Below are positions 9,571 to 19,762 of a stretch of DNA of 64,000 bases, piece after piece (position 1 is the first letter of the stretch; each line of letters starts with the position of its first letter). A program made the position numbers and the translations under genes. Origin of the DNA: an uncultured Rubrivivax sp. (GTDB lineage Bacteria > Pseudomonadota > Gammaproteobacteria > Burkholderiales > Burkholderiaceae_C); NCBI GenBank assembly GCA_964522465.1, contig CAZFVH010000003.1, positions 32,338 through 96,337 of the forward strand. The letters run 5' to 3'. The notes beneath the pieces are model-generated. The model was not told the DNA's origin. It saw only the letters and a program-made list of their open reading frames with translations, and did no database searches.

Positions 9571-11160
9571 ATGAACCCCTTGCACTCGGCCAATGCCCTG
9601 TACCGTGCGCTGGTCGTCACGGTCCTGGGCTTCGCCTCCGGCCTGCCGCTGGCCCTGACGGGGCAGGCCATGCAGGCTTGGCTCACTGCCGACGGGCTGG
9701 ATCTGGCCACCATCGGCTTCCTCAGCCTGGTGGGCCTGCCCTACACCTTCAAGTTCCTGTGGGCGCCGCTGATGGACCGCTTCGACCTGCCGCTGCTCGG
9801 GCGGCGGCGCGGCTGGCTGGTGCTGACGCAGCTCGCGCTGGCCGCCGCGCTGTTGGCGCTGTCGACGGTGTCGCCCAAGGACGCCATCCGGCTGTTCGCG
9901 CTGCTGGCAGTCACCGTGGCCTTCGTCTCGGCGTCGCAGGACGTGGTGATCGACGCCTACCGCACCGACCTGCTGCCCGCGGCCGAACGTGGATTGGGTG
10001 CCTCGCTGAACGTGATGGGCTACCGCTTGGCGATGATCGTCTCCGGTGGTGTGGCGCTGATCTGGACCGATCCGCAGCAGGGCGGCGGCTGGGACTGGCC
10101 CGCGGTGTACCGCCTGATGGCGCTGCTGATGGCCGGCGCGGCCGTGCTGTCGGCCACGGTGCTGCCGCGCTTGCCAACGCCACCGCGCGGCGCGGATGCC
10201 GATGCGCCAGGGCCGTCGGCCCGCCGCGACCTCATCGGCTTCGGGGCCGTGGTGCTGGCGGTGGCAGTGGGCGCGTGGCTGAGCGACCGCCACGCGCGAG
10301 ACGTCGCGCAGGCCCTGATCGGCGGCTGGCTGCAGGGAACAGCACTGCCCGCAGCACTGCAAGGGCGCTGGATCGACCTGCTGGCGCTGATGCTGGGCAT
10401 CGGGCTGACGCTGCCCCTGGCGGCCTGGGCGGCGCGACGCGCGCGATTCGTCACCTTGCTGGACGGTCTGCGCAACTACTTCGGACAGCCCGGTGCCGCC
10501 GCCTTCCTGCTGTTCATCGTGCTGTACAAGCTGGGCGACGCCTTCGCCGGTTCGCTGATGACACCCTTCCTGCTCAAGGGGCTGGCGTACTCGCCCGCGG
10601 AGGTCGGCGTGGTCAACAAGGTGATCGGGCTGTGGCTGACCATCGGGGGGGCGCTGCTCGGCGGCCTGTTGATGGTGCGGCTGGGCCTGTGGCGCTCGCT
10701 GCTGATCTTCGGCGTGCTGCAGATGCTCAGCAACCTGGGCTTCTGGTGGCTGGCCAGCGGTGGCAAAGGGGCCTGGCCGGGGCTGGTGATCCCGGCCTTC
10801 GACTGGGGCTTCGTCTCGCTGGCGGTGGCCACGCCGGTGGACGGTGGTCTGCTCGCGGCCGTGGCCTTCGAGAACATCTCCGGCGGCATGGGCACCGCAG
10901 CCTTCGTCGCTTTCCTGATGAGCCTGTGCAACCAGCGCTTCACGGCCACGCAGTTCGCGCTGCTGTCGGCCTTCGCGTCGGTCGGGCGCGTGTGGGTGGG
11001 CCCGCTGGCCGGCGTGCTGGCCGAGACCATCGGCTGGCCCACCTTCTTCGTCCTGAGCACCGTCGCCGCGGTGCCGGCACTGTGGATGCTGTGGGCGCTG
11101 CGTTCAACGGTCCGGGGCCTGGAAGTGGACCCAGCCAGCGCGCGGCGCGCCAGCGACTGA
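9571..11160 (+). CDS. ampG: AmpG-family muropeptide MFS transporter
   Basis: GFASGLPLALTGQAMQAWL...LVGLPYTFKFLWAPLMDRF is the AmpG signature region. 529 aa, multi-TM, with a GGAGA SD. Confidence 0.85.
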   Translation: MNPLHSANALYRALVVTVLGFASGLPLALTGQAMQAWLTADGLDLATIGFLSLVGLPYTFKFLWAPLMDRFDLPLLGRRRGWLVLTQLALAAALLALSTVSPKDAIRLFALLAVTVAFVSASQDVVIDAYRTDLLPAAERGLGASLNVMGYRLAMIVSGGVALIWTDPQQGGGWDWPAVYRLMALLMAGAAVLSATVLPRLPTPPRGADADAPGPSARRDLIGFGAVVLAVAVGAWLSDRHARDVAQALIGGWLQGTALPAALQGRWIDLLALMLGIGLTLPLAAWAARRARFVTLLDGLRNYFGQPGAAAFLLFIVLYKLGDAFAGSLMTPFLLKGLAYSPAEVGVVNKVIGLWLTIGGALLGGLLMVRLGLWRSLLIFGVLQMLSNLGFWWLASGGKGAWPGLVIPAFDWGFVSLAVATPVDGGLLAAVAFENISGGMGTAAFVAFLMSLCNQRFTATQFALLSAFASVGRVWVGPLAGVLAETIGWPTFFVLSTVAAVPALWMLWALRSTVRGLEVDPASARRASD

Positions 11161-11324
11161 AGGGCCCGCCCGGCTGACGCGCCGAGGAGGGCCTGCCGCG
11201 GCGTTGCAAGCGGCGCTGCGCATTGGCGGGCGCCCCGGCCGACGGACAGCCGGCGGATTCACGGAACCCGTCGCACAATCGCGGGGTCTATCGCACTCCG
11301 ACCGCCCCGCAACACGCCGCGCCG

Positions 11325-12230
11325 ATGAACATCCTCCGCCAAGACCCTGACGCACCGACGGCCGCGCCGCGTGCAAGGCCTTGCGGATGTGCCTGGCACG
11401 GACGCAGGCTGTTCACCGGCCTGCTGGCCAGCGGTCTGGCGGTCCCGGCGCTGGCCGCCATCCCGGAATGCAAGCGCTCGGGTTTCACGCGCGCCGTGTC
11501 AGCCGAGCAGATCGAGCAGTCCGCCCAACAGCAGTACCGGCAAATGCTGATGCAGGCGCAGGGTCAGCGCGGGCTGGCACCACCCACGCATGCACAGGTG
11601 CAGCGCCTGCGGGCGATCGCCGAGCGCATCATCCCGTTCGCGCCCGAGTGCAACCCACGTTCGAGCCAATGGCGCTGGGAGGTCAACCTCATCGGCAGCC
11701 CCGAGATCAACGCCTTCTGCATGCCCGGCGGCAAGATCGGCTTCTACTATGGCATCCTGGCGAAGTTGCAGCTCAGCGACGACGAGGTCGCTGTCATCAT
11801 GGGCCACGAGATCGCGCACGCGCTGCTCGAGCACGCACGCGAGCAGGTGGGCAAGAACACGCTGACGCAGACCGGCCTGCGCCTGGGAGCGGCCCTGCTG
11901 GGACTGGGCGACCTGGGCAACATGGCCGCGCAGATCGGCTCGCAGTTGCTGAGTCTGACCTACAGCCGCAGCGACGAATCCGAGGCCGATGCGCTCGGCC
12001 TCGTGATGTCGGCACGCGCCGGCTACCGCCCCGAAGCCGGCGTCACGCTGTGGCAGAAGATGGTTGCCGCCAGCGGCGGCAAGTCCCCGCCCAAGCTGCT
12101 GTCCACCCACCCCGCCGGCGACGACCGCATCCGTGATCTGCAGGCCCGCATGGAGCGGGTGCTGCCGCTGTACGAAGCCGCGGACAAACCGTCACGGGTG
12201 TTCGGGCCGCCGCCGCCCCTGAAGGGATGA
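11325..12230 (+). CDS. M48-family zinc metallopeptidase, exported
   Basis: HEIAHALLEH zinc motif, downstream ESEAD, and a signal-like N-terminus (RRLFTGLLASGLAVPALAA). Start at the internal ATG 11325. Confidence 0.8.
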   Translation: MNILRQDPDAPTAAPRARPCGCAWHGRRLFTGLLASGLAVPALAAIPECKRSGFTRAVSAEQIEQSAQQQYRQMLMQAQGQRGLAPPTHAQVQRLRAIAERIIPFAPECNPRSSQWRWEVNLIGSPEINAFCMPGGKIGFYYGILAKLQLSDDEVAVIMGHEIAHALLEHAREQVGKNTLTQTGLRLGAALLGLGDLGNMAAQIGSQLLSLTYSRSDESEADALGLVMSARAGYRPEAGVTLWQKMVAASGGKSPPKLLSTHPAGDDRIRDLQARMERVLPLYEAADKPSRVFGPPPPLKG

Positions 12231-12329
12231 GGCGGGTCTCGCACGGGCAGCCCGCCCGGCGTTGACGGCTTGCCCACCGGCGGGGCCCGGCTCGACCAGG
12301 CGGGTCGCCGCCCGCCCCTGAGGGCGTCC

Positions 12330-13250
12330 TCAGGGACGCGTGTCGGGCCACTGGTCCGCGTACGCCTGCGCCTCGCGCCGCAACCACTCGCACACGGCCG
12401 CGATCTCGGGCCGCTGGCGCGCGCCGGGACGGGTCAGCAGGAAGTACGACTTCGCCGGGCGCAGACGCAGGTCGAAAGGGCAGGCCAGGCGCGCGGCGTC
12501 GACATCCTCCTGCACGAAGGGGAAGATGCCCAGCGCCACGCCCTGGCCCAGCAACGCGGCCTGCGTGGCGACGTTGGAGTCCTCGATCACCATCTCCTCG
12601 GCGAAGACCAGGTCGCCGGCGCCTGCCAGCTCGAGCCAGGCGCGCCACTCCGAGCGGTCCTGCTGGTGCAGCGCGGTCAGGCGGGCGAGTTCGCGCGGCG
12701 TACGCAGTGCCCCGCTGGGCTCGAGCAGCGCAGGTGCAAGCACGGGCGCATAGTCGATGCGCATCAAGGGCTCGGCCTCCAGACCCGGCCAGTCACCCAC
12801 GCCCCAGTCGACGACGACGGCCGCCGGCATGTCGTTCGGGCTCGTCACGCGCCGGCCGCGCCGCAGCGTCAGGTCCAGATGCGGCAGGGCGCGGCGCAGG
12901 CGCGACAGCCGTGGCATCAGCCAGCGCGCGCCGAAGATCGAGCCCACCGCCATCGACACCGCCACGCGCCGGGCGGCCACGTGGTGCTCGACCTCCTGCG
13001 AGATGGCGTCGAAGGACTGGCGCACCACCCGGGCCAGCGATTGGCCGAACTCGGTCAGGACCACCTGCCGCGTCATGCGCACGAACAGCGCGCTGCCCCA
13101 CTGACGCTCCAGCGCGCGGATGCTGTTGCTGACGGTGGTGGCGCTGATGCAGAGTTCCTCGGCCGCGTCCTTGAAGCTCTCCAGCCGTGCGGCCGCTTCG
13201 AAGATGCGCAGCCCTGTCAGGGGCAGTCTCCTGGAGCGTGGGGCGATCAC
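12330..13250 (-). CDS. LysR-family transcriptional regulator
   Basis: N-terminal HTH LTGLRIFEAAARLESFKDAAEELCISATTVSNSIRALE plus a LysR substrate-binding body. GTG start at 13250. Confidence 0.85.
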   Translation of the reverse strand: MIAPRSRRLPLTGLRIFEAAARLESFKDAAEELCISATTVSNSIRALERQWGSALFVRMTRQVVLTEFGQSLARVVRQSFDAISQEVEHHVAARRVAVSMAVGSIFGARWLMPRLSRLRRALPHLDLTLRRGRRVTSPNDMPAAVVVDWGVGDWPGLEAEPLMRIDYAPVLAPALLEPSGALRTPRELARLTALHQQDRSEWRAWLELAGAGDLVFAEEMVIEDSNVATQAALLGQGVALGIFPFVQEDVDAARLACPFDLRLRPAKSYFLLTRPGARQRPEIAAVCEWLRREAQAYADQWPDTRP

Positions 13251-13332
13251 GGCGTTACGGGCGGGACAGAGGATCGACGCGCCGTTTCGACCGGCGGCAC
13301 CTGCCAGCGACTATAGACCGGTAGCGGCGTCG

Positions 13333-14328
13333 TCAGCCCGATGTGATCCGGCACCCCGCCTGCTGCAGCGCGTCGCGCAGCAGCGCGATATGGGCCGGGC
13401 CGACCTCGCAGCAGCCGCCGACGATGCGCGCACCCGCGCGCACCCAGTCCAGCACCCAGCGCGCGTAGGCCTCGGGGTCGAGGTCCTCGCGCGTGGCGAG
13501 CTGCTCACGCGTGCGCCCGGGCAGGAAGGTCTGCGGGATCTCGACGAAGCCGTTGGCGTAGCCGCCGGCAGGCAGGCCGGTCGCCAGCAACTCCGGCAAT
13601 GCCTGGCTGATCGACTCGGGCGGGCAGCAGTTCACGAGAACCGCCTGCACCGGCAGGCCGGCCAGCGCACGCGCCGCCTCGGTGAGGGTCTCGCCCGAGC
13701 GCAGCCGCGGGCCGCGGTCCTGCAGCGTCCAGGACGCCCACACCGGTTTGCCGAAGGCCGCCACGGCCGCCACGGCAGCATGCGCCTCCTGCGCGGTGGA
13801 CATCGTCTCGCACAGGAACAGGTCCACGTAAGGTGCCTGCAGCGCCGCCAGGCGTGCGTACTCGTCGGCGTTGGCGGCATGGTCGCGCACCCGGTCGGGG
13901 CGGTAGGTGCCGTTCAGCGGCGGGATGCAGCCGGCGATCCGCACGTCGGCGCCGCGCGCCCCGGCGGCCTCGCGCGCGGCCAGCGCCAGCTCGCAGGCCA
14001 GTCGCTGCAGCTGAGGCACGCGGTCGGCCGCGTCGACCATCGCCATGCGCGTGAAGGTGGCCGAGTAGGCGTTGATGGTGACGACCTGCGCGCCGGCCTC
14101 GATGTAGTCCAGGTGCACCTGCCGCACCAGCTCGGGCTCGGTCACGAGGTACTCGGCCGACCAGTGCCGGGGCGTCTTGTTGGACGAGCGCCGCAGCAGC
14201 TCCAGGCTGGTGCCGCCGTCGATCAGGATGACGTCTCGGTCGGTGCCGGCGAGCGCATCCGAACGGCCATCGGTGCGGGTCTCGGCGCCGGCAGGGCCCC
14301 GGGCATCGACACGGTCAGAGGGCGTCAT
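13333..14328 (-). CDS. homocysteine S-methyltransferase family protein
   Basis: ILIDGGTSLEL...VHLDYIEAGAQVVTINAYSAT...GGCCEVGPAHI carries the C-terminal zinc-Cys motif of this family. AAGGAG SD lies upstream of the ATG at 14328. Confidence 0.8.
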   Translation of the reverse strand: MTPSDRVDARGPAGAETRTDGRSDALAGTDRDVILIDGGTSLELLRRSSNKTPRHWSAEYLVTEPELVRQVHLDYIEAGAQVVTINAYSATFTRMAMVDAADRVPQLQRLACELALAAREAAGARGADVRIAGCIPPLNGTYRPDRVRDHAANADEYARLAALQAPYVDLFLCETMSTAQEAHAAVAAVAAFGKPVWASWTLQDRGPRLRSGETLTEAARALAGLPVQAVLVNCCPPESISQALPELLATGLPAGGYANGFVEIPQTFLPGRTREQLATREDLDPEAYARWVLDWVRAGARIVGGCCEVGPAHIALLRDALQQAGCRITSG

Positions 14329-14345
14329 GGAGAACTCCTTCAGGT

Positions 14346-15407
14346 TCAGGCCGCCAGGGCGGCGTCGGCCGCCTCCAGCGCCTGGGGGTCGACCCCCAGG
14401 CGCGCGCCCAGGCGGCACAGCGCGCGCAGCGTCTGCGGTGGCACGGGGATGCCCGCGCGCAGGCGCTGCTGCCGCAGCGCCGCCTCGCGCTCGCCCGGGA
14501 TCTCCACGCGCTCGAAACCCGGGGCGGGGGGGCACTCGCGCAATTCCTGCAAACAGGCCTCGGCCGCCTCGCGGTAGGCGCCCGGCATCCGAAAACGCGA
14601 CAGGTCCACCGCGATGGCGATCCAGTTCATCCCGTCACGCGCCTGCGCCGAGATCGCCTCGCCCAGCAGCTCTGCCACCAGCGCCATGCCGTAGCCCTTG
14701 GGGCCGGCCATGGGCAGCAGCGCGCCGCCGTCGAAGTAGGCCTGCGGATCGGTCGTGGGCCGGCCGTCGCGGTCGACGATCAGCCCTTCGGCCAGCGGTC
14801 GGCCGGCGGTGCGGGCGGCGTAGACCTTGCCGCCCGACGCGGTGGAGGTGGCGAAGTCGATCACCACCGGCCCGCGCGTCCCGCCCGGGATGCCGTAGGC
14901 GTAGGGATTGGTCGGCAGCATGGCGCGAGCCCCACCGTGCGGTACGACCTGGCGCCAGTCCCGGCGCGAGCCACCGCCGAACAGCAACGTCAGGCAGCCC
15001 GCCTCGGCGCCGCGCTGCACGTAGGCACCCAGCCGTCCGGTGTGGTCGACGTTGGCGACCCCGACCGCCGCCATCCCGTCGCGCCGGGCGCGCTCGACGG
15101 CGACGTCGGTGGCCAGGCGGAAGGCCGGCATGCCCAGGCCGTTGCCCCCATCGACCAGCGCCGCCCCGCCCTCGGCCTGGGTCAGGCGCGGCATCGCCGC
15201 GGGGTCGAAGCGTCCGGCCTGCGCGCGCTCGGCGTACCAGTCCAGGCGGAACACCCCGTGCGAGTACACACCGCACAGGTCGGCGTCCACCAGATGCTGG
15301 GCGATCTCGGCGGCGATGGGCGCAGCGCAGCCGAGGGCGGCCATGACGCCGGTGCCGAAGCGCTCCAGCGCCTCGGCGCTGACCAGGGGATCGTTCGAAT
15401 CGAGCAA
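14346..15407 (-). CDS. Ldh_2 family (malate/L-lactate dehydrogenase type 2) oxidoreductase
   Basis: DLCGVYSHGVFRLDWY and NVDHTGRLG blocks are typical of the Ldh_2 family. TTG start at 15407 is preceded by GGAG. Confidence 0.8.
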   Translation of the reverse strand: MLDSNDPLVSAEALERFGTGVMAALGCAAPIAAEIAQHLVDADLCGVYSHGVFRLDWYAERAQAGRFDPAAMPRLTQAEGGAALVDGGNGLGMPAFRLATDVAVERARRDGMAAVGVANVDHTGRLGAYVQRGAEAGCLTLLFGGGSRRDWRQVVPHGGARAMLPTNPYAYGIPGGTRGPVVIDFATSTASGGKVYAARTAGRPLAEGLIVDRDGRPTTDPQAYFDGGALLPMAGPKGYGMALVAELLGEAISAQARDGMNWIAIAVDLSRFRMPGAYREAAEACLQELRECPPAPGFERVEIPGEREAALRQQRLRAGIPVPPQTLRALCRLGARLGVDPQALEAADAALAA

Positions 15408-15494
15408 GGCGGGCTCCGAGGGGGGCAGGGGCTGGATGAGGGGACGGGGTGCGGGGGCAGGGGCGCCGGGGATGGCGTGCGAGGTCGAGGGTCC

Positions 15495-17843
15495 TCAGGC
15501 CTTCCTCGTCGGCCAGGAAGGCCCGGTCGGGCGGCTGCTCGGGGGATGGGCAGAAGGATCGGCGGACGGACCGGCAGGGGGTTCGGCCGGGGGATCTTTC
15601 GAGGGGCTGCTCGATGGTGCGACCGCACGATCCCGCATCGGATCCGCCGTGTCGACCAAGCGGTGCGCCGGCGCGAGGGCCGCGCGGGGCGCATCGGAAG
15701 CGGGCACCACCGGGATGTGGCAGCGCACCCGGTGCTGACCCGCACCGTCCACGGCCTGCCAGGGCGGCGGCTGTTCGTCGCACAGCGGGCCCAGGCGCTT
15801 GGGGCAACGGCGCTGGAAGGCACAGCCCCGGGCCGGCGGGGCGGCCTCGACCACGTCCTGCGCCAGCAGGCGTGGGACATGGTCCGGATCGGGTTCGAGC
15901 ACGGCACCGAGCAGGACCTCGGTGTAGGGGTGCGAGGGCCGGTTATAGACATCGGCCGCCGGGCCGACCTCGCACAGCCGCCCCTGGTACAGCACCGCCA
16001 CACGGTCGGCCAGCGCCCGCACCACGGCCAAGTCGTGCGAGACGACAAGGTAGGCGGTGCCGCGCTCACGCCGCAGCGTCTCGAGCAGCTCGAGCACGGC
16101 GGCCTGCACCGACACGTCCAGCGCCGAAGTGACCTCGTCGCACAGCACCAGATCGGGTTCGGCGGCAAAGGCCCGTGCGATGGCCACGCGCTGCTTCTCG
16201 CCGCCCGACATCTGGCCGGGCAGGCGGTCGAGATAGTGGGCGCCCAGGCGCACGCGCTCCAGCCACTCGATGCTGCGCGCGCGCAGCGCCGCGCCGCTCA
16301 GCCCGAAGTACAGCTGCAGCGGCTGCGCCAGCGCGGTGGCCACCGTGTGGCGGGGGTTCAGGCTGTCATCGGGGTTCTGGAAGACGAGCTGGATGCGCCG
16401 CAGGGCCTCCCGGCCGCGTCGCGTGACGTCCGGGCCGAGTACGCCGGCCTGCGAGCCCACCCCGACGCGGTGGGCCGCCACGGCGCCGTCAGTCGATCCG
16501 CCCGAGGATCCACCCGGCGCCCGATCGCCCCCCCCCGCCGCCGCATCCTGCGCAGAACGCTGCGCAGCCGCCAGGCGCATGGCGCCGCGCGCCGGCGCCA
16601 GCAGTCCGGCCACGGCTTTCAACACGGTGGACTTGCCGCTGCCAGACTCCCCTACCAGCGCCAGCACCTGTCCATGCGCCACGGTCAGGTCGACGCCGTC
16701 GACGGTCAGCGGGCCGGCTGGCTGGCGACCCGTCAATTGATCGAGCAAACCCGCACGCGCGTAGCTCACCCCCAGGTCCTGCAGCTCGAGCAGCGGTGCG
16801 GCGCCGACCGTCGACGCACGCAGCGCCGGCGCGCGGGCCTCGACCAGCTCGTCGGTGCGCTCGGCATGGTGGCACCGCGCGCGCATCGCGCCCGGTACGT
16901 CGCGCAGCAGCGCACGCTCCTGCGCGCAGCGCAGATCGGCCAGGCCGCAGCGCGGCGCAAAGGCACATCCGCCGCCCGCGTCGCCCGGCGACGGCGGCCG
17001 CCCTGGCAGCGCCGCGGGCAGCCGCGCCATCGACAGCCGCGGGATCGACGCCAGCAGGCCCTTCGGATAGGGGTGGGCGGGCCGGGTCAGCACGGCGCGT
17101 GCCGGCCCCTCGAGCACCAGCTCGCCGGCATACATCACGCTGACGCGGTCGCACACCCGCGCGATCGCGCCCAGGTCGTGGCTGACGTAGACCATCGTCA
17201 TGCCAGTGCTGCGGTGCAGCTCGCGCAGCAGGTCCAGCACATGGGCCTGCGTGGTGACGTCCAGCCCCGTCGTCGGCTCGTCCAGCAGCAGCAGGCGCGG
17301 GCCGCCCGCCAGCGCCATCGCGATGGCTACGCGCTGCTGCTGCCCGCCGGAAAGCTCGTGCGGGTAGCGCCGCGCCAGCACCGCCGGCTGCGGCAGCCGC
17401 ACCTGCTCGAGCAATTCGAGCACGCGGGCGCGGCGGGCGTCGGCCCTCAGCGCGGTGTGCAATTGCAGCGACTCGTCGATCTGCCGGCCCACGCGGGCGG
17501 TAGGCGTCAACGCCTGCCCGGCGTTCTGCGGCACGAGGCCGATGACCCCGCCGCGCAGGCGTTGCAGGGCCGCTTCGGGCAGGTCGAACAGGTCCTGCCC
17601 CTCGAAGCGCACAGCCCCGGCGGTGCGGCGCAGCCCCGGCTTGAGGTAGGCCATGGCCGCCAGCGCCAGCGTGCTCTTGCCCGAGCCGCTCTCGCCGACG
17701 AGCCCGAGCGTCTGCCCGGCGTGCACGCTCAGGTCGACGTCGCGCAGCACCTCGCGCACGCGCCCGGCACGGTCGGTGAAACCGACCCCGAGGCCCTGGA
17801 TGTCCAGCAGCGGCGGCGACGGCAACGACGGGACAGCGGTCAT
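15495..17843 (-). CDS. fused double ATP-binding-cassette protein of a peptide-type ABC importer
   Basis: Two complete cassettes are present (Walker A GESGSGKSTLALA and GESGSGKSTVLKA; signatures LSGGQQQR and MSGGEKQR). The ATG at 17843 overlaps the permease stop (ATGA). There is a Gly/Ser/Ala insert inside cassette 2 and a Pro/Ser-rich C-terminal tail. Confidence 0.85.
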   Translation of the reverse strand: MTAVPSLPSPPLLDIQGLGVGFTDRAGRVREVLRDVDLSVHAGQTLGLVGESGSGKSTLALAAMAYLKPGLRRTAGAVRFEGQDLFDLPEAALQRLRGGVIGLVPQNAGQALTPTARVGRQIDESLQLHTALRADARRARVLELLEQVRLPQPAVLARRYPHELSGGQQQRVAIAMALAGGPRLLLLDEPTTGLDVTTQAHVLDLLRELHRSTGMTMVYVSHDLGAIARVCDRVSVMYAGELVLEGPARAVLTRPAHPYPKGLLASIPRLSMARLPAALPGRPPSPGDAGGGCAFAPRCGLADLRCAQERALLRDVPGAMRARCHHAERTDELVEARAPALRASTVGAAPLLELQDLGVSYARAGLLDQLTGRQPAGPLTVDGVDLTVAHGQVLALVGESGSGKSTVLKAVAGLLAPARGAMRLAAAQRSAQDAAAGGGDRAPGGSSGGSTDGAVAAHRVGVGSQAGVLGPDVTRRGREALRRIQLVFQNPDDSLNPRHTVATALAQPLQLYFGLSGAALRARSIEWLERVRLGAHYLDRLPGQMSGGEKQRVAIARAFAAEPDLVLCDEVTSALDVSVQAAVLELLETLRRERGTAYLVVSHDLAVVRALADRVAVLYQGRLCEVGPAADVYNRPSHPYTEVLLGAVLEPDPDHVPRLLAQDVVEAAPPARGCAFQRRCPKRLGPLCDEQPPPWQAVDGAGQHRVRCHIPVVPASDAPRAALAPAHRLVDTADPMRDRAVAPSSSPSKDPPAEPPAGPSADPSAHPPSSRPTGPSWPTRKA

Positions 17844-18715
17844 CAGATCGGCGCCTTCTGCGCGCGGTCGACGCCCACGGCCTTGGCCAGGGCGTCGGCG
17901 GCCAGGTTGATGCCGATGATCAGCGAGCTCAGCGCGACGATCGGGAACAGCCCGGCCCAGGGCGCGATAGGCAGGTAGCTGCGCGCATCGGCCACCATCA
18001 GGCCCCAGTCGGGCGTGGGCGGCGACACGCCGAAGCCGAGGAAGGACAGCGAGCTGAAGGCCAGCAGCATCCAGGACCAGCGCATCGCGCCCTCGACCAT
18101 CAGCGCGTCCAGCACGTTGGGCAGCAACTCGCGCCGGATGATGGCCAGCCGGCCGTGCCCGCGCGCCCGCGCGGCCAGCACGAAATCCCGCGCGACCACG
18201 TTGTGCGCCGCCGCGCGAGCGATGCGGATCACCGGCACGCCGTAGAAGAAGGCCAGGGTCGGGATCAGCACCCCCACGCCGGAGCCGAAGGTGACGATCA
18301 GCAGCAGCATCTTCAGGATCCACGGCAGCGACAGCAGGGCGTCGACCACGCGCATCAGCACGTCGTCCAGGCGCCCGCCGACCAGCCCCAGGTAGACCCC
18401 GAGCAGGCCGCCCCACAGCACCGCCACCGGCGTGGCCACCAGCGTGACGAGCAGGGCTTCGCGCCCGCCCAACAGCGTGCGCGTGAAGACGTCGCGCCCC
18501 AGGTGGTCGGTGCCGAACCAGTGGTCCGACCCGGGCGGCAGCAGCATCAGCGTGGTGCTCACGGCCTTGTAGTCGTGCGTGGCGAGCCAGGGGCTTGACA
18601 CGGCCAACGCCAGATGCAGCAGCACCAGGGCCAGCCCGACGGCGCCCGAGGGCCGGGCGACGAGGTCGCGCAGCACCTGACGCCAGTGCGCGGCGATGGG
18701 GCTGGGGCCGGTCAC
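17843..18715 (-). CDS. ABC transporter permease (DppC-like)
   Basis: 290-aa multi-TM protein. GTG start overlaps the upstream permease stop (GTGA). Confidence 0.9.
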   Translation of the reverse strand: MTGPSPIAAHWRQVLRDLVARPSGAVGLALVLLHLALAVSSPWLATHDYKAVSTTLMLLPPGSDHWFGTDHLGRDVFTRTLLGGREALLVTLVATPVAVLWGGLLGVYLGLVGGRLDDVLMRVVDALLSLPWILKMLLLIVTFGSGVGVLIPTLAFFYGVPVIRIARAAAHNVVARDFVLAARARGHGRLAIIRRELLPNVLDALMVEGAMRWSWMLLAFSSLSFLGFGVSPPTPDWGLMVADARSYLPIAPWAGLFPIVALSSLIIGINLAADALAKAVGVDRAQKAPI

Positions 18716-19671
18716 GCGGCCCTCGTCACGGCGGTGCGCAGCCGAGGGTTGGCCAGCAGCGTCAGCAGGTCGGCGGCGAGGTTGATCGCCACATACAGCG
18801 CCGAGACGATCAACGCGACCGTCTGCACCACGGCCAGGTCACGTTCGGAGATCGCCGTGACGGTCAGGCGGCCGAGGCCGGGGTAGTTGAAGACGGTCTC
18901 GATCACCACCACGCCACCCAGCAGCCAGGCGATCGTCAAGGCCACGACGTTGATCGCCGGCAGCAGCGCATTGGGCAGCACGTGGCGCAGCACGCGCGGC
19001 GCATGGGGCACGCCCTTGAGCGTGGCCATGCGCACGAACTCGCTGTCGAGCACCTCGATCATGCTCGAGCGCACCGTACGCAGGATGTGCGCCGTCATCA
19101 CCATCGCCAGCACCACCACCGGCAGGAGGATCTCGGGAAAGAAGCGCGTCCAGGGGGCATCGGCCGAGACCGTGACGATGCCCGGCAACCACCCCAGCCA
19201 GGCGCTGAAGACCAGGATCAGCACCGTGGCCGAGACGAACTCGGGGATGGTCATCGCCGCGATCGCACCCGACGACACCGTCACGTCCAGCCAGCGGTCG
19301 CGCTGGAGCGCCGCCGCGATGCCCAGCCCGAAGGCCAGTGGCAGACCCAGGGCCAGCGCGCAGCCGCCGAGCAGCAGCGAGTTCTGGAGTCGGGCGCCGA
19401 CGATGCCGGCGATCGGCTGCGCGCCGTGCGTCGACACGCCGAGGTCCCCGCGCAGCACGCCACCGACCCACTGGCCATAACGCGACCAGGCCGGCCGGTC
19501 CAGGCCGAGCTCGGCGCGGCAGTTCGCCAGCCGCTGCCCCTGCGCGTCTTGCTGCAGGATGGCTGTGCAGGCGTCCCCCGGCAGGGCTTCGACGGCGCCG
19601 AAGATGATCAGCGACACCAGGCCGACAGTGGCCAGGCCCAGCAGCAGGCGGCGGAGGATGAGCTTGAACAC
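18712..19671 (-). CDS. ABC transporter permease (DppB-like)
   Basis: (M)FKLILRRLLLGLATVGLVSLIIFGAVEALPGD is a DppB-type N-terminus. GTG start. Confidence 0.9.
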   Translation of the reverse strand: MFKLILRRLLLGLATVGLVSLIIFGAVEALPGDACTAILQQDAQGQRLANCRAELGLDRPAWSRYGQWVGGVLRGDLGVSTHGAQPIAGIVGARLQNSLLLGGCALALGLPLAFGLGIAAALQRDRWLDVTVSSGAIAAMTIPEFVSATVLILVFSAWLGWLPGIVTVSADAPWTRFFPEILLPVVVLAMVMTAHILRTVRSSMIEVLDSEFVRMATLKGVPHAPRVLRHVLPNALLPAINVVALTIAWLLGGVVVIETVFNYPGLGRLTVTAISERDLAVVQTVALIVSALYVAINLAADLLTLLANPRLRTAVTRAA

Positions 19672-19762
19672 GGCGCGGCAACCCCGGCGACGGCGCAGTC
19701 AGGCGCCGCCGCCATGCAAGGGCGGGCAGGATCGTCGGGGAGGGTCCGGTCGTCTCGAGCGC

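Noticed and set aside
14937-17978. 1013-aa plus-strand ORF
   Set aside because: It is antisense to the Ldh_2 and fused ABC ATPase genes, whose motifs are unambiguous. The translation is low-complexity and Arg-rich.
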